64,000 nucleotides of DNA from Escherichia coli (GCF_048403405.1 NZ_CP183129.1), one strand, 5' to 3'; shown: positions 10,056-22,394, counted from the first letter of the stretch. Notes: generated from the sequence alone by a model not told the origin. Made by a program: numbers and translations.

Positions 10056-13000
10056 TTATTCCGGGCGCGGCTTCAGCGGGAAGCGGCGGCGCACCAGCAC
10101 AAAGAACAGCGGCACGAAGTAAATAGCCAGAATAGTGGCCGAAATCATCCCGCCCATTACGCCAGTACCCACCGCATGCTGACCACCGGAACCGGCACCC
10201 GTGCTGGTTGCCATTGGCAATACGCCGAAGATAAATGCCAGCGAGGTCATCAGAATCGGGCGTAAACGCTGACGGCAGGCGTGGAGCGTCGCTTCAAACA
10301 GGTCGTGGCCTTTTTGGTTCATCTCGTTAGCAAACTCGACGATCAGGATGGCGTTTTTCGCCGATAAACCAATGACCGTTAACAGGCCCACCTGGAAGTA
10401 AACGTCGTTTTCCAGCCCGCGCATCCAGGTTGCCAGCAGCGCGCCGATAACCCCCAGCGGCACGACCAGCATTACCGAGAACGGCACCGACCAGCTTTCA
10501 TACAGCGCCGCCAGACACAGGAATACCACCAGCAAGGAAATGGCGTACAGCGCCGGAGCCTGCGCGCCGGAAAGCCGCTCCTGATACGACATCTCCGTCC
10601 ACTCCAGACCAAAGCCGTTTGGCAGCTGCTTCACTAACGATTCCATAATATCCATCGCCGTACCAGTACTGACCCCCGGTGCGGCTTCCCCGACAATCTC
10701 TACCGCAGAATAACCGTTATAGCGTTCCAGACGCGGCGAGCCTGTTTCCCAGCGTGAGGTCGCGAAAGCAGAGAAGGGCACCATGCCGCCATCTTTATTT
10801 CGGACATACCAGAGATTAATGTCATCTGGCAGCATGCGATACGGCGCAGCTGCCTGCACATAGACTTTCTTCACGCGACCGCGATCCATAAAGTCATTCA
10901 CATAGCTCGAACCCCAGGCGGTTTGCAGTGTGTCGTTAATATCGTCGATAGCAACGCCCAGCGCCTGAGCTTTACGCTGGTCGATATCAATCTGCAACTG
11001 CGGACTGTCGTCGAGGCCGTTATGGCGCACACGGGTTAGCTCCGGGTTTTCCGCCGCCAGCGCCAGCAACTGGTTACGTGCTGCCATCAGCGCATCGTGA
11101 CCTGCTCCAGCGTGGTCCTGCAACTCCATATCAAAACCCGCAGAACTGCCAAGACCGCTAATTGCTGGCGGGCTGCTGGCGATAACGCGAGCTTCTTTAA
11201 TCTTGTTAAACGCCTTCGTTGCACGCTCGATAATGGCAAACGAGGTGCCGGTCTTACTGTCGCGTTCGCTCCAGTCTTTCAGGCGGATAAACATTCGCGC
11301 CACGTTTTGCCCGTTACCCCCAGGGCCAGAACCAACAGTGGCAAACACCGACATGATGTTGTCTTTTTCATGGGTGAAGTAATATTTCTCGATTTGCTCA
11401 ACGACTTTCAGGGTCTGTTGTTGGGTTGAACCGCTGGGCAATTGTACCGAGGTAGTAAACATGCCACGGTCTTCCAGCGGTAAGAACGACGTCGGCAAAC
11501 GCAGGAACAGGAACACCATGCCGCCAAGCAGCAGGACATAAATCACAATCCAGCGCAGGCTGCGGTGGAGAATTTTCGCCACCCCTTTTTCGTAGCGTTC
11601 GGCGTTGCGGTTAAACATCTGGTTAAACCAGGCAAAAAAGCCTTTTTGCCCGTGATGCTCACCCTTTTTCAGTGGCTTAAGTAGCGTGGCACACAGAGCC
11701 GGAGTGAGGATCATCGCTACCAGTACTGACAGCACCATCGCCGCAACAATGGTAATAGAGAACTGGCGATAGATGGCACCGGTGGTGCCGCCGAAGAAGG
11801 CCATTGGTACAAATACCGCCGAAAGCACCATCGCAATCCCGACCAGTGCCCCCTGGATCTGCCCCATCGATTTACGTGTGGCTTCGCGAGGAGTGAGTCC
11901 TTCCTCACTCATAATACGTTCGACGTTTTCCACCACCACGATGGCGTCATCCACCAGCAGACCGATCGCCAGTACCATTGCGAACATGGTTAAGGTGTTG
12001 ACGCTGTAACCGAAGGCGTAAAGTACGGAGAAGGTTCCCATCAACACCACCGGCACGGCGATAGTGGGTATCAGCGTGGCGCGGAAGTTTTGCAGGAACA
12101 GATACATAACGAGGAAAACCAGAGCGATAGCTTCCAGCAGCGTTTTCACCACGTCTTCAATGGAGGCTTTAACAAACGAGGTGGTTTCATACGCCACCTT
12201 GTATTCCAGTCCGTGCGGGAAATACTGCGCCAGCTCGTCGAGACGATTGAGCACCAGCTCCGCTGTCGCCATTTCGTTCGCGCCGGAGGCCAGTTTTACC
12301 CCCAACCCGGAGGCTGGCTTACCATTGAAGCGGCTAAGATAATCGTATTTCTCCGCCCCCATTTCGACGGTGGCGACATCGCCCAGCCTTACCTCTGAGC
12401 CGTCCTGATTCACCCGCAAGGTGATATCGCGGAACTGTTCTGGTGTTTGCAGCAGTGACTGGGCGTTAATGGTGGCGTTGAGCGCCTGCTTATCGACGGA
12501 AGGCGTACCACCAAGTTGCCCAACCGCAATCTGCGCGTTCTGTGACTCAATGGCATCAGTGACATCTTTAGCCGTCATCTGGAAACTGTTGAGTTTCGCC
12601 GGGTCCAGCCAGATACGCATGGAATATTGCGAACCATAGGCATCGATATCCCCAACGCCATTCACGCGGCTTAACGGATCCTGAATATTACTGGCAACGT
12701 AATCGGCAATATCCTGTTTATCCATCGAACCATCGGTAGAGACGAAGGCAATGGTCAGAATGTTGGTATCGCCGGTTTTACGCACCGTCACGCCCTGATT
12801 TTGCACTGCCTGCGGTAACTTTCGCATGGCAGATTGCAGCTGGTTTTGTACTTGCTGCACGGCTTCGTCCGGATCGGTGCCTGCTTTAAAACTTAAAGTG
12901 ACAGATGCCTGACCGGTGCCGCTGCTCTGAGATGACATATACATCAGATTATCGAGACCGGTCATATTTTGCTCGATAACCTGGGTCACGGTGTTTTCCA

Positions 13001-13169
13001 GCGTCTGGGCCGATGCGCCGGGATAGTTAGCGGTCACTCGCACATTCGGTGGCGCGAGATCGGGGTATTGTTCAACGGGCAATGAAAAAATCGCCAGGGT
13101 CCCTGTCAGACACAACAGGATTGCCAGCACCCAGGCAAAAATGGGGCGATCAATAAAGAAATTCGCCAT
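10056..13169 (-). CDS. acrD: RND aminoglycoside efflux pump AcrD
   Basis: 1037 aa, [41 protein letters not shown]..., HAE1-family RND transporter (AcrB paralogue). Confidence 0.93.
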   Translation of the reverse strand: MANFFIDRPIFAWVLAILLCLTGTLAIFSLPVEQYPDLAPPNVRVTANYPGASAQTLENTVTQVIEQNMTGLDNLMYMSSQSSGTGQASVTLSFKAGTDPDEAVQQVQNQLQSAMRKLPQAVQNQGVTVRKTGDTNILTIAFVSTDGSMDKQDIADYVASNIQDPLSRVNGVGDIDAYGSQYSMRIWLDPAKLNSFQMTAKDVTDAIESQNAQIAVGQLGGTPSVDKQALNATINAQSLLQTPEQFRDITLRVNQDGSEVRLGDVATVEMGAEKYDYLSRFNGKPASGLGVKLASGANEMATAELVLNRLDELAQYFPHGLEYKVAYETTSFVKASIEDVVKTLLEAIALVFLVMYLFLQNFRATLIPTIAVPVVLMGTFSVLYAFGYSVNTLTMFAMVLAIGLLVDDAIVVVENVERIMSEEGLTPREATRKSMGQIQGALVGIAMVLSAVFVPMAFFGGTTGAIYRQFSITIVAAMVLSVLVAMILTPALCATLLKPLKKGEHHGQKGFFAWFNQMFNRNAERYEKGVAKILHRSLRWIVIYVLLLGGMVFLFLRLPTSFLPLEDRGMFTTSVQLPSGSTQQQTLKVVEQIEKYYFTHEKDNIMSVFATVGSGPGGNGQNVARMFIRLKDWSERDSKTGTSFAIIERATKAFNKIKEARVIASSPPAISGLGSSAGFDMELQDHAGAGHDALMAARNQLLALAAENPELTRVRHNGLDDSPQLQIDIDQRKAQALGVAIDDINDTLQTAWGSSYVNDFMDRGRVKKVYVQAAAPYRMLPDDINLWYVRNKDGGMVPFSAFATSRWETGSPRLERYNGYSAVEIVGEAAPGVSTGTAMDIMESLVKQLPNGFGLEWTEMSYQERLSGAQAPALYAISLLVVFLCLAALYESWSVPFSVMLVVPLGVIGALLATWMRGLENDVYFQVGLLTVIGLSAKNAILIVEFANEMNQKGHDLFEATLHACRQRLRPILMTSLAFIFGVLPMATSTGAGSGGQHAVGTGVMGGMISATILAIYFVPLFFVLVRRRFPLKPRPE

Positions 13170-13239
13170 TAAAAGAGGACCTCGTGTTTCTGCGTATCGT
13201 TGTAGGCTTGACTTGCTTCACTGTAGCGGCAAGGTACGA

Positions 13240-13257
13240 GCCAATCGTGGAGAAAAA
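13240..13257 (-). promoter_or_regulatory. BaeR box-like site upstream of acrD
   Basis: Minus-strand reading TTTTTCTCCACGATTGGC, matching the BaeR consensus TTTTTCTCCATDATTGGC at 17/18 positions, about 70-90 bp upstream of the acrD start. Confidence 0.6.
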
Positions 13258-13332
13258 AAGGAGTTAATGTAAATTATCATGCCCTTTTATACTGAACCTT
13301 AAGTGCCAGTATTCTTTGGTCAGTCGGAGGCA

Positions 13333-15033
13333 TTACATCAGCTGGCTTTCCTCACCCTCCGCGGAGCGAAAGCTAATACTCACTAACGTGCCGCCGCCGG
13401 AAGGTTGCGAAAAAGTCAGCGTCCCACTCAATCTTTCCGCGCGTTCACGCATGATATTCAGACCATAATGGCCTTCGGGTTCTTTCGGTTCACCGATGCC
13501 AATCCCGTTGTCGCGAATATAGACTGTGTGATTGCCATCCGGCGCGGTGACGCAGCTAACGGCGATTTCGCTGGCGTTGGCGTGCTTCATCGCATTCAGC
13601 ACCGCTTCGCGAATAATTTGCAACAAATGCACCTGCATTTGCGCATCCAGCGCCAGGGTTGGCAGACGGCAGTCGAGGGTCAGTTTGGCGCTGGTTTGAT
13701 TTTGTAACGTATCCAGCATTTCCCTCAACGCGGAGGGGAGATCCGCCTGCTGCAGCGTCAGGCGGAAAGTAGTTAACAGCTCGCGTAACTGCCGATAAGC
13801 ATCATTCAACGCCTGGGAAAAATCGGCCATGATACTTTGTGCGGTGGCATTATCTTCCGGTATCGAACGCTTCAGTAACGTCAACTGGATACGTAAGTAA
13901 GAAAGTACCTGAGCCAGCGAGTCGTGCAATTCGCGGGCGATGGTCGCACGTTCTTCCATCAACAATAACTGCTGAAAATGCTTCTGCGCCTGATTAAAGT
14001 ACAAACCGCGTCCCAGCATCGACGAAACGCTATTAAGCAGCGGTTCTGATGATGAAACGTGACTATTTTGCCAGTGCAGTTCGCCGTAAACCGTCTCTTG
14101 CATTGTCACCGGTAAAATCTGCATCGGCAATTCCGGGTTTGGTTGCCCTTCGCTAATCCGCCAGTTTTCACCGACATTTAACTCCAGATATTCAGCCGCT
14201 TCATTGTCGCGAACAATCTGCAAAATATGGCGGAAACAATGCACATCAATCTGGCTGGTGTTCAGCGCCTGCGAACACTGATACAACACCTCCAGACGAC
14301 GCTTGGCCTCGTGGAGATCGCGGGTCTTTTCTTCTACTGACGCCTCCAGCGAACGGTACAATTTATGTAGCTCGCTCGACATCTGGTTAAAGGTTTTTGC
14401 AAGCAGGCCAAGCTCATTCGGCAGGCTGGTATCCAGCGGCGGCGAGTCGAACTGCCCGTGTTCAATACGCTGACTGGCGGTAACCAGCTGATTCAGCGGG
14501 GCAACCACCTGATGGCGTATGCGGCGCAAAGTAAAAAAGACCAGCGTGAAAATACCGATGCCGCCAGCCAGGGAAATTGCCACCACCAGCAGCATTTTGC
14601 GTTCAGCGTAGTGCTGTAAAGCCAGCACGAACAGGTCTATCTGATTAACATAATTATTAATATTGGCCTGATACCACGGCAAGTCGCCCTTGCTGAGCCG
14701 ATTATTCATCTCCAGCCAGTTGGCATTCAGATGCGCATAGCGGGTTTTTACTGCTTCTGGCACATACCAGACGTTGAGATTGGTTAATACCGGTGAATGC
14801 AGTGCCTGCTGAAATAACTGGCGATGTGCATTGAGTTGTGGACTGCCACTTTGCAAGTCGTAGCCCAGGCGGTAACTCTGCATACGCAGCGATCCGGCAA
14901 TATTGATAGCCTCAGCGTCGCGCAAACTGCTCGCCAGAGTTAGCAGAGCGATACCCGTGGAAAGAATCGACAGCAGCACAATGTAAAAAAAGGCCCGGGC
15001 CAGACTGGCCGAGACGGGTCGTTTAACAATCAC
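13333..15033 (-). CDS. narQ: nitrate/nitrite sensor histidine kinase NarQ
   Basis: Track ORF 13333..15048; I place the start at GTG (complement of 15031-15033) giving MIVKRPVSASLARAFFYIVLL... (566 aa); HAMP and HisKA_3 (ELHDSLAQ) / HATPase domains. Confidence 0.9.
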   Translation of the reverse strand: MIVKRPVSASLARAFFYIVLLSILSTGIALLTLASSLRDAEAINIAGSLRMQSYRLGYDLQSGSPQLNAHRQLFQQALHSPVLTNLNVWYVPEAVKTRYAHLNANWLEMNNRLSKGDLPWYQANINNYVNQIDLFVLALQHYAERKMLLVVAISLAGGIGIFTLVFFTLRRIRHQVVAPLNQLVTASQRIEHGQFDSPPLDTSLPNELGLLAKTFNQMSSELHKLYRSLEASVEEKTRDLHEAKRRLEVLYQCSQALNTSQIDVHCFRHILQIVRDNEAAEYLELNVGENWRISEGQPNPELPMQILPVTMQETVYGELHWQNSHVSSSEPLLNSVSSMLGRGLYFNQAQKHFQQLLLMEERATIARELHDSLAQVLSYLRIQLTLLKRSIPEDNATAQSIMADFSQALNDAYRQLRELLTTFRLTLQQADLPSALREMLDTLQNQTSAKLTLDCRLPTLALDAQMQVHLLQIIREAVLNAMKHANASEIAVSCVTAPDGNHTVYIRDNGIGIGEPKEPEGHYGLNIMRERAERLSGTLTFSQPSGGGTLVSISFRSAEGEESQLM

Positions 15034-15238
15034 ACGCGTCTTCTCCACAAAAAATCATTAATGTTCCAGTTCGCTGAAACACAATTTAGTCAGTGATGGG
15101 ATTATTTGATCTGCCACAGTTTATAGCGAAATAGTTACTTATTCTGGGCACATGAACATTGCCGATTCCCCTGTAAGTCGGGTAATAACAACACTCATAT
15201 AAAGAATAAGGTTTTTACAACCAAAAAAGAAGGTCGTT

Positions 15239-17218
15239 ATGAATCGTTTTATTATGGCCAACAGTCAGCAATGTCTGGGGTGTCATGCTTGTGAAATCGC
15301 CTGTGTCATGGCTCACAATGATGAACAACATGTCTTGAGCCAACACCATTTTCATCCCCGAATTACGGTTATCAAACATCAGCAGCAACGTAGTGCAGTG
15401 ACCTGTCACCATTGCGAAGATGCGCCCTGCGCCCGTAGCTGCCCTAATGGCGCAATCAGCCACGTTGATGACAGCATTCAGGTCAATCAGCAAAAGTGTA
15501 TTGGCTGTAAATCCTGCGTGGTGGCCTGTCCATTTGGTACGATGCAAATCGTCCTTACCCCCGTCGCGGCAGGAAAAGTAAAAGCCACGGCGCATAAATG
15601 CGACCTTTGTGCAGGGCGCGAAAACGGTCCTGCCTGTGTCGAGAATTGCCCGGCAGACGCGCTGCAACTGGTCACTGATGCCGCACTCTCCGGCATGGCG
15701 AAATCCCGCCGCTTGCGTACCGCACGTCAGGAACATCAACCGTGGCATGCCAGTACCGCGGCTCAAGAAATGCCGGTAATGAGTAAAGTCGAGCAAATGC
15801 AGGCAACGCCCGCGCGTGGCGAGCCGGACAAACTGGCGATTGAAGCGCGTAAAACCGGTTTTGATGAAATTTATCTGCCATTCCGTGCCGATCAGGCACA
15901 ACGGGAAGCCTCGCGCTGCCTTAAGTGCGGCGAGCACAGCGTTTGTGAATGGACCTGCCCGCTGCATAACCATATTCCGCAGTGGATTGAACTGGTGAAA
16001 GCCGGAAACATCGACGCCGCCGTCGAGCTTTCTCACCAGACCAACACTCTGCCGGAAATTACCGGACGCGTTTGTCCGCAAGACCGTTTGTGTGAAGGAG
16101 CCTGTACTATTCGCGATGAGCACGGTGCAGTAACTATCGGCAACATTGAACGCTACATTTCAGATCAGGCGTTGGCGAAAGGTTGGCGTCCTGACTTAAG
16201 CCATGTCACCAAAGTGGACAAGCGGGTGGCGATTATCGGTGCGGGTCCGGCAGGGCTGGCCTGTGCGGATGTTCTGACCCGCAATGGCGTGGCGGTGACG
16301 GTGTACGATCGCCATCCAGAAATTGGTGGCTTGCTCACTTTCGGCATTCCTTCTTTCAAACTGGATAAATCCCTGCTGGCACGCCGTCGGGAAATCTTCA
16401 GCGCGATGGGGATTCACTTCGAACTCAATTGTGAAGTGGGTAAAGATGTCTCTTTGGATTCGCTTTTGGAACAATACGACGCGGTCTTCGTTGGCGTAGG
16501 CACTTACCGTTCCATGAAAGCGGGTTTACCCAATGAAGATGCGCCAGGCGTTTATGACGCGCTGCCGTTCCTCATCGCCAACACTAAACAGGTGATGGGA
16601 CTCGAAGAGCTACCGGAAGAGCCGTTTATCAATACCGCCGGACTCAACGTCGTGGTACTGGGCGGCGGCGACACCGCGATGGACTGTGTGCGTACCGCGC
16701 TGCGCCACGGCGCGAGTAACGTCACCTGCGCTTATCGTCGTGATGAAGCTAACATGCCAGGCTCGAAGAAAGAGGTGAAGAACGCCCGCGAAGAGGGGGC
16801 CAACTTTGAATTTAACGTCCAGCCGGTGGCGCTTGAGCTGAATGAGCAAGGTCACGTTTGCGGAATTCGTTTCCTGCGCACGCGTCTTGGCGAGCCGGAT
16901 GCCCAGGGGCGTCGGCGTCCAGTGCCGGTGGAAGGCAGTGAATTTGTCATGCCAGCCGACGCGGTGATTATGGCGTTTGGCTTCAATCCACACGGGATGC
17001 CGTGGCTGGAATCGCACGGTGTAACGGTAGACAAATGGGGCCGCATCATCGCGGATGTGGAAAGCCAGTACCGTTATCAGACCACGAATCCGAAAATCTT
17101 CGCCGGTGGTGACGCCGTGCGTGGTGCGGATCTGGTGGTTACCGCAATGGCAGAAGGACGTCATGCGGCACAGGGGATTATTGACTGGCTGGGGGTAAAA
17201 TCAGTCAAATCTCACTGA
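15239..17218 (+). CDS. aegA: putative Fe-S oxidoreductase AegA (ferredoxin-like N-terminus + GltD-like FAD/NAD(P) domain)
   Basis: 659 aa; several CxxCxxCxxxCP 4Fe-4S motifs (CLGCHACEIAC, CIGCKSCVVACP) and dinucleotide-binding VAIIGAGPAGLA; divergent from narQ. Confidence 0.88.
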   Translation: MNRFIMANSQQCLGCHACEIACVMAHNDEQHVLSQHHFHPRITVIKHQQQRSAVTCHHCEDAPCARSCPNGAISHVDDSIQVNQQKCIGCKSCVVACPFGTMQIVLTPVAAGKVKATAHKCDLCAGRENGPACVENCPADALQLVTDAALSGMAKSRRLRTARQEHQPWHASTAAQEMPVMSKVEQMQATPARGEPDKLAIEARKTGFDEIYLPFRADQAQREASRCLKCGEHSVCEWTCPLHNHIPQWIELVKAGNIDAAVELSHQTNTLPEITGRVCPQDRLCEGACTIRDEHGAVTIGNIERYISDQALAKGWRPDLSHVTKVDKRVAIIGAGPAGLACADVLTRNGVAVTVYDRHPEIGGLLTFGIPSFKLDKSLLARRREIFSAMGIHFELNCEVGKDVSLDSLLEQYDAVFVGVGTYRSMKAGLPNEDAPGVYDALPFLIANTKQVMGLEELPEEPFINTAGLNVVVLGGGDTAMDCVRTALRHGASNVTCAYRRDEANMPGSKKEVKNAREEGANFEFNVQPVALELNEQGHVCGIRFLRTRLGEPDAQGRRRPVPVEGSEFVMPADAVIMAFGFNPHGMPWLESHGVTVDKWGRIIADVESQYRYQTTNPKIFAGGDAVRGADLVVTAMAEGRHAAQGIIDWLGVKSVKSH

Positions 17219-17285
17219 TAGCCTGCGCAGACAAACCCGGCTTCACAGCGTAAGATAATTGTTCATTTCGCGCTGTGGAGTCGGT

Positions 17286-17861
17286 ATGACGCAACAAATC
17301 ACCCTCATTAAAGACAAAATTCTCTCCGATAACTATTTCACCCTGCACAACATTACTTACGATCTCACGCGCAAAGATGGCGAAGTTATCCGTCATAAAC
17401 GTGAAGTTTACGATCGCGGTAATGGTGCGACGATCCTCCTGTACAACGCGAAGAAAAAGACCGTGGTTCTGATTCGTCAGTTCCGCGTCGCTACCTGGGT
17501 TAATGGCAATGAAAGCGGGCAGCTGATTGAAACCTGCGCCGGGCTGCTGGATAACGACGAACCGGAAGTGTGTATACGTAAAGAAGCAATTGAAGAGACG
17601 GGTTATGAAGTTGGCGAAGTGCGCAAATTATTTGAACTGTATATGTCGCCAGGCGGTGTGACTGAGCTAATCCACTTCTTTATCGCCGAATACAGTGACA
17701 GCCAGCGCGCTAACGCGGGCGGTGGTGTCGAAGATGAAGATATTGAAGTGCTCGAGCTGCCGTTCAGCCAGGCGCTGGAGATGATCAAAACCGGCGAGAT
17801 ACGTGACGGTAAGACGGTGTTATTGCTTAACTATTTGCAAATGTCACATTTAATGGACTGA
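17286..17861 (+). CDS. nudK: GDP-mannose pyrophosphatase NudK (Nudix hydrolase)
   Basis: ATG 17286 gives [26 protein letters not shown]... (191 aa); Nudix box [22 protein letters not shown]. Confidence 0.88.
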   Translation: MTQQITLIKDKILSDNYFTLHNITYDLTRKDGEVIRHKREVYDRGNGATILLYNAKKKTVVLIRQFRVATWVNGNESGQLIETCAGLLDNDEPEVCIRKEAIEETGYEVGEVRKLFELYMSPGGVTELIHFFIAEYSDSQRANAGGGVEDEDIEVLELPFSQALEMIKTGEIRDGKTVLLLNYLQMSHLMD

Positions 17862-17986
17862 AAAATAACAATAATATTTCGTTGTTTATTATTGGCTCAA
17901 TCCGACAAATCCGATTGAGCCGCGCTACCTGCGCAACGAAGATACGACTTGTGCTGTTTGTTTGAACTTCTGGGGTCGTACCGTCC

Positions 17987-19030
17987 ATGCGCTATCGCAT
18001 TTTCCTTCTCTTTTTTTTCGCTTTGTTGCCGACGTCTTTGGTGTGGGCGGCACCAGCGCAACGGGCGTTTTCCGACTGGCAGGTCACCTGTAATAACCAA
18101 AACTTCTGCGTGGCGCGTAATACGGGCGATCATAACGGACTGGTGATGACCCTGAGCCGCAGCGCCGGGGCGCATACCGATGCCGTTTTACGTATTGAGC
18201 GCGGCGGGTTGAAGTCGCCGGATGCGTCTGAAGGGGAGATAGCGCCACGGCTGCTGTTAGATGGTGAGCCGTTGGCGTTAAGTGGTGACAAGTGGCGGAT
18301 TTCACCATGGTTATTAGTAACCGATGATACGGCAACCATCACCGCGTTTTTGCAGCTGATTCAGGAAGGGAAGGCAATCACCTTACGCGATGGCAATCAG
18401 ACCATTTCTCTGAATGGCTTAAAAGCGGCGTTGTTGTTTATTGATGCTCAGCAAAAGCGCGTTGGCAGTGAAACCGCGTGGATAAAGAAAGGGGACGAAC
18501 CGCCGCTCAGCGTACCGCCCGCGCCTGCGCTGAAAGAGGTCGCGGTGGTTAACCCAACGCCGACGCCACTCTCACTCGAAGAACGCAACGATTTGCTGGA
18601 TTATGGAAACTGGCGGATGAATGGTCTGCGCTGCTCGCTTGATCCATTGCGTCGAGAGGTAAATGTCACTGCGCTGACCGATGATAAAGCGCTGATGATG
18701 ATTAGCTGTGAGGCAGGGGCCTATAACACCATTGATTTGGCCTGGATTGTGTCGCGTAAAAAGCCACTGGCCTCGCGCCCGGTTCGGTTACGTTTGCCGT
18801 TCAACAACGGTCAGGAGACGAATGAACTGGAACTGATGAACGCAACATTTGATGAGAAATCGCGTGAACTGGTGACCTTAGCGAAAGGGCGCGGATTAAG
18901 CGATTGTGGCATTCAGGCGCGCTGGCGCTTTGACGGTCAGCGTTTTCGCCTGGTGCGTTACGCCGCAGAACCCACCTGCGATAACTGGCATGGGCCAGAC
19001 GCCTGGCCCACGTTGTGGATCACCCGTTAA
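17987..19030 (+). CDS. ypfG: DUF1176-family secreted protein YpfG
   Basis: 347 aa with Sec signal peptide (MRYRIFLLFFFALLPTSLVWAAPA). Confidence 0.8.
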   Translation: MRYRIFLLFFFALLPTSLVWAAPAQRAFSDWQVTCNNQNFCVARNTGDHNGLVMTLSRSAGAHTDAVLRIERGGLKSPDASEGEIAPRLLLDGEPLALSGDKWRISPWLLVTDDTATITAFLQLIQEGKAITLRDGNQTISLNGLKAALLFIDAQQKRVGSETAWIKKGDEPPLSVPPAPALKEVAVVNPTPTPLSLEERNDLLDYGNWRMNGLRCSLDPLRREVNVTALTDDKALMMISCEAGAYNTIDLAWIVSRKKPLASRPVRLRLPFNNGQETNELELMNATFDEKSRELVTLAKGRGLSDCGIQARWRFDGQRFRLVRYAAEPTCDNWHGPDAWPTLWITR

Positions 19031-19061
19031 ACAAAATCCCAGATGCGCCCCTATAAAGCGC

Positions 19062-19110
19062 ACGGACCGTCCCCTCGCCCCTCTGGGGAGAGGGTTAGGG
19101 TGAGGGGAAC
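19062..19110 (+). repeat. GC-rich palindromic dispersed repeat, copy 1 (possibly Box C-type; family unconfirmed)
   Basis: CGGACCGTCCCCTCGCCCCTCTGGGGAGAGGGTTAGGGTGAGGGGAACA; internal inverted repeat CCCTCGCCCC/GGGGAGAGGG; about 46 of 49 nt identical to 32455-32512, same orientation. Confidence 0.6.
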
Positions 19111-19132
19111 ATACAGCATCCGGCGATCACCA

Positions 19133-21136
19133 TCAGGCACCTTTCACTCCCAGCACGTTATGCGCTTTTGCCACAATATTCTCGGCGGTAAAGCCAAAGA
19201 ACGGGAACAGCTTATCCGCCGGAGCAGATTCCCCATAGCCGGTCATCCCGACAATTGCCCCTTTCAGACCAACATATTTGTACCAGTAATCGGCGATGCC
19301 TGCTTCCACCGCCACGCGAGCCGCAACGTTAGAAGGCAACACCGACTCCCGATATTCCTCATCCTGGGCGTCGAAAATATCGGTCGAGGGCAGGGAAACT
19401 ACGCGTACATTGCGACCTTCTCCCGCTAATTTCTCTGCCGCTTGCAGGGTGATTTCCATCTCTGAACCGGTGGCAATCAAAATAATATCTGGCTTACCAC
19501 CGCTGTCTTTCAGTACATAACCGCCACGAGCAATCTCTTTAACCTGATCCGGCGTACGTTCCACCTGGGCCAGATTCTGCCTTGAGAGGATCAGTGCCGT
19601 CGGTCCGTTGTGGCGCTCAACGGCCAGCTTCCAGCCCACCGCTGCTTCCACCTGATCGCACGGTCGCCAGGTGCTGAAATTTGGCGTTAAGCGCAGACTG
19701 GCCAGTTGCTCAACAGCCTGGTGCGTAGGACCATCTTCGCCCAGACCAATTGAGTCGTGGGTATAAACCATAATCTGCCGCGCTTTCATTAGTGCCGCCA
19801 TCCGCGCGGCGTTACGGGCGTATTCAACAAACATCAGGAACGTCGCGGTATACGGCACAAAGCCGCCGTGGTGCGCAATGCCGTTGGCGATAGCGGTCAT
19901 GCCAAATTCACGCACCCCGTAGTGAATGTAGTTGCCCGCCGGATCTTCCTTCAGCGACACAGAACCTTTCCAGATGGTCAGGTTGCTGGGAGCCAGATCC
20001 GCCGAACCGCCGAGCAGCTCCGGTAGCAAGGGGCCATAAGCGTTAAGCGTATTTTGCGAAGCCTTACGGGTGGCGATTTTCGCCGGATTCGCCTGTAATT
20101 CATTGATATATTTCTGAGTCGTTTTCTCCCAGTCCTTCGGTAAACCACCGCTCATCCGACGGGTAAACTCTTCTGCCAGTTGCGGATGAGCCTTTTTATA
20201 GGCGGCAAACTTCTCATTCCAGCTCTGCTGCGCTTTTTCGCCTTTTTCGCGGGCATCCCAGGCGTGATAAATCTCTTTAGGGATCTCAAATGGCGGATGG
20301 TGCCAGCCCAGTTTTTGCCGTGCCAGCGCCACTTCTTCTTCCCCCAGTGGTGCGCCGTGCGCCTCTTCCTTACCTGCTTTATTCGGCGATCCAAAGCCAA
20401 TCACCGTACGGCAGATAATCAGCGACGGCTTATCTTTCACGCTTTGCGCTTCAAGGATCGCTTCCTTCACCGCCTGCGGATCGTGACCGTCGATCTCGTG
20501 GATCACATGCCAGTGATAGGCTTCAAAACGTTTTGCTGTATCGTCGGTAAACCAGCCTTCGGTTTCACCGTCGATGGAAATACCGTTGTGATCGTAAAAA
20601 CCAATCAGCTTGCCCAGTCCCAGCGTGCCCGCCAGCGAACAGACTTCGTGGGAAATACCTTCCATCAGGCAACCGTCGCCCATAAACACATAGGTGAAGT
20701 GATCGACAATTTCATGATCCGGCTGGTTAAACTGCGCCGCCAGTGTACGCTCTGCTATCGCCAGCCCGACGGCGTTCGCCAAACCTTGTCCAAGTGGACC
20801 GGTGGTGGTTTCAACACCTGGCGTATAACCAATCTCCGGGTGACCTGGGGTTTTTGAATGCAACTGACGGAAGTTCTTCAGTTCTTCCAGCGGCAGGTCG
20901 TAACCGGTCAGATGTAGCAAACTGTAGAGCAGCATCGACGCGTGGCCGTTGGAAAGAATAAAGCGGTCGCGATCATACCAGGTTGGGTCGGTGGGGTTAT
21001 GTTTAAGAAAATCGTTCCACAGCACTTCGGCAATATCAGCCATGCCCATCGGCGCGCCGGGATGACCAGAATTGGCTTTTTGTACCGCATCCATACTGAG
21101 TGCGCGAATCGCATTGGCAAGGTCTTTTCGGGACAT
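19133..21136 (-). CDS. tktB: transketolase 2
   Basis: Start trimmed to ATG (complement of 21134-21136): [40 protein letters not shown]... (667 aa); TPP-binding transketolase. Confidence 0.93.
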   Translation of the reverse strand: MSRKDLANAIRALSMDAVQKANSGHPGAPMGMADIAEVLWNDFLKHNPTDPTWYDRDRFILSNGHASMLLYSLLHLTGYDLPLEELKNFRQLHSKTPGHPEIGYTPGVETTTGPLGQGLANAVGLAIAERTLAAQFNQPDHEIVDHFTYVFMGDGCLMEGISHEVCSLAGTLGLGKLIGFYDHNGISIDGETEGWFTDDTAKRFEAYHWHVIHEIDGHDPQAVKEAILEAQSVKDKPSLIICRTVIGFGSPNKAGKEEAHGAPLGEEEVALARQKLGWHHPPFEIPKEIYHAWDAREKGEKAQQSWNEKFAAYKKAHPQLAEEFTRRMSGGLPKDWEKTTQKYINELQANPAKIATRKASQNTLNAYGPLLPELLGGSADLAPSNLTIWKGSVSLKEDPAGNYIHYGVREFGMTAIANGIAHHGGFVPYTATFLMFVEYARNAARMAALMKARQIMVYTHDSIGLGEDGPTHQAVEQLASLRLTPNFSTWRPCDQVEAAVGWKLAVERHNGPTALILSRQNLAQVERTPDQVKEIARGGYVLKDSGGKPDIILIATGSEMEITLQAAEKLAGEGRNVRVVSLPSTDIFDAQDEEYRESVLPSNVAARVAVEAGIADYWYKYVGLKGAIVGMTGYGESAPADKLFPFFGFTAENIVAKAHNVLGVKGA

Positions 21137-21155
21137 ATAACACTCCGTGGCTGGT

Positions 21156-22106
21156 TTATAGTTTGGCGGCAAGAAGATCTTCCAGTTTGCGTTGATCAAC
21201 GGCGAACAGACGAATGCCTTCAGACAGTTTTTCTACCGCCATTGCATCCTGATTGTGCTCCCAACGGAACTCCGCTTCGCTCATGGGAGCTGGGCGTGGG
21301 AACGTCTGAGAAGGTGGGATTAATTTACGTACCACTGGCGAAACTTTTTCCTGCAGCTCCTTCAGCAAATTCGGTGCGATAGTCAGTCGATCGCAGCCGG
21401 TTAAGGCGAGGATTTGTTCGGTGCGACGGAAGCTCGCGCCCATCACAATGGTTTCATAGTGGTGTTGCTTATAGTAGTCGTAGATATTGCGTACTGATTT
21501 AACGCCTGGATCTTCTTCCACCACATACGGGTCCATCGGCTTGCGTGCCTGATACCAGTCATAAATACGCCCGACAAACGGCGAAATCAGAAAAACGCCC
21601 GCTTCTGCACAGGCCCGCGCCTGTGCAAAAGAAAACAGCAGCGTCAGGTTGCAGTTAATACCTTCTTTTTCCAGCTCTTCTGCCGCGCGAATTCCTTCCC
21701 AGGTTGAAGCCAACTTGATCAAAATGCGTGATTTCTCAACGCCTTGTTGCTGATACAAGTCCACCAGATGGCGCGCCTTCTCAATACTCTTTTCTTTATC
21801 AAAAGAGAGGCGTGCATCAACTTCTGTTGACACGCGACCGGGTACGATTTTGAGAATTTCAGCACCGAAATTGACCGCCAGTTTGTCACACGCTGCGACC
21901 ACCTGTTGTTCCTGGGTTTTGCCATTTTTTCTACCCCAGGCGATAGCATCGTCTATTAAATGCTCATATTGTGATAATCCGGCAGCCTTGAGTAACAGCG
22001 AAGGATTGGTGGTGGCATCCTGGGGATGATAATGGCGAATGGACTCAATATCGCCGCTGTCTGCCACGACAGTGGTGAACTGTTTGATGCCGTCTAACTC
22101 GTTCAT
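21156..22106 (-). CDS. talA: transaldolase A
   Basis: 316 aa, [39 protein letters not shown]...; 19 bp upstream of tktB (talA-tktB operon). Confidence 0.93.
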   Translation of the reverse strand: MNELDGIKQFTTVVADSGDIESIRHYHPQDATTNPSLLLKAAGLSQYEHLIDDAIAWGRKNGKTQEQQVVAACDKLAVNFGAEILKIVPGRVSTEVDARLSFDKEKSIEKARHLVDLYQQQGVEKSRILIKLASTWEGIRAAEELEKEGINCNLTLLFSFAQARACAEAGVFLISPFVGRIYDWYQARKPMDPYVVEEDPGVKSVRNIYDYYKQHHYETIVMGASFRRTEQILALTGCDRLTIAPNLLKELQEKVSPVVRKLIPPSQTFPRPAPMSEAEFRWEHNQDAMAVEKLSEGIRLFAVDQRKLEDLLAAKL

Positions 22107-22394
22107 AGGAAATACTCCTTGAAAAGTAAAGTGTTAGATGAGTGCGTTAATTCACACTTCTGAGAAATTTCGCTAAACGCATCAAAAAAGCATAGCAGAC
22201 AGGCATGGTATTGCTGGATTAAGCAGGTAACATCAGTGTTATAGGATTATTACCAAAACATTATATTAATGGTGAGAGTTTGGACTTGCTCAAAGTCTGT
22301 AGACTCCGGCAAGGTAATAATGTGCGCCACGTTGTGGGCAGGGGCTGTTGCCCACACACTTTATTTGTGAACGTTACGTGAAAGGAACAACCAA

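Noticed and set aside
17897-18175. 92-aa minus-strand ORF spanning the nudK-ypfG intergenic region and the ypfG 5' end
   Set aside because: Arginine/glutamine-rich low-complexity translation overlapping the ypfG signal-peptide region on the opposite strand; no RBS. A hairpin at 17894-17921 is more likely the relevant feature.
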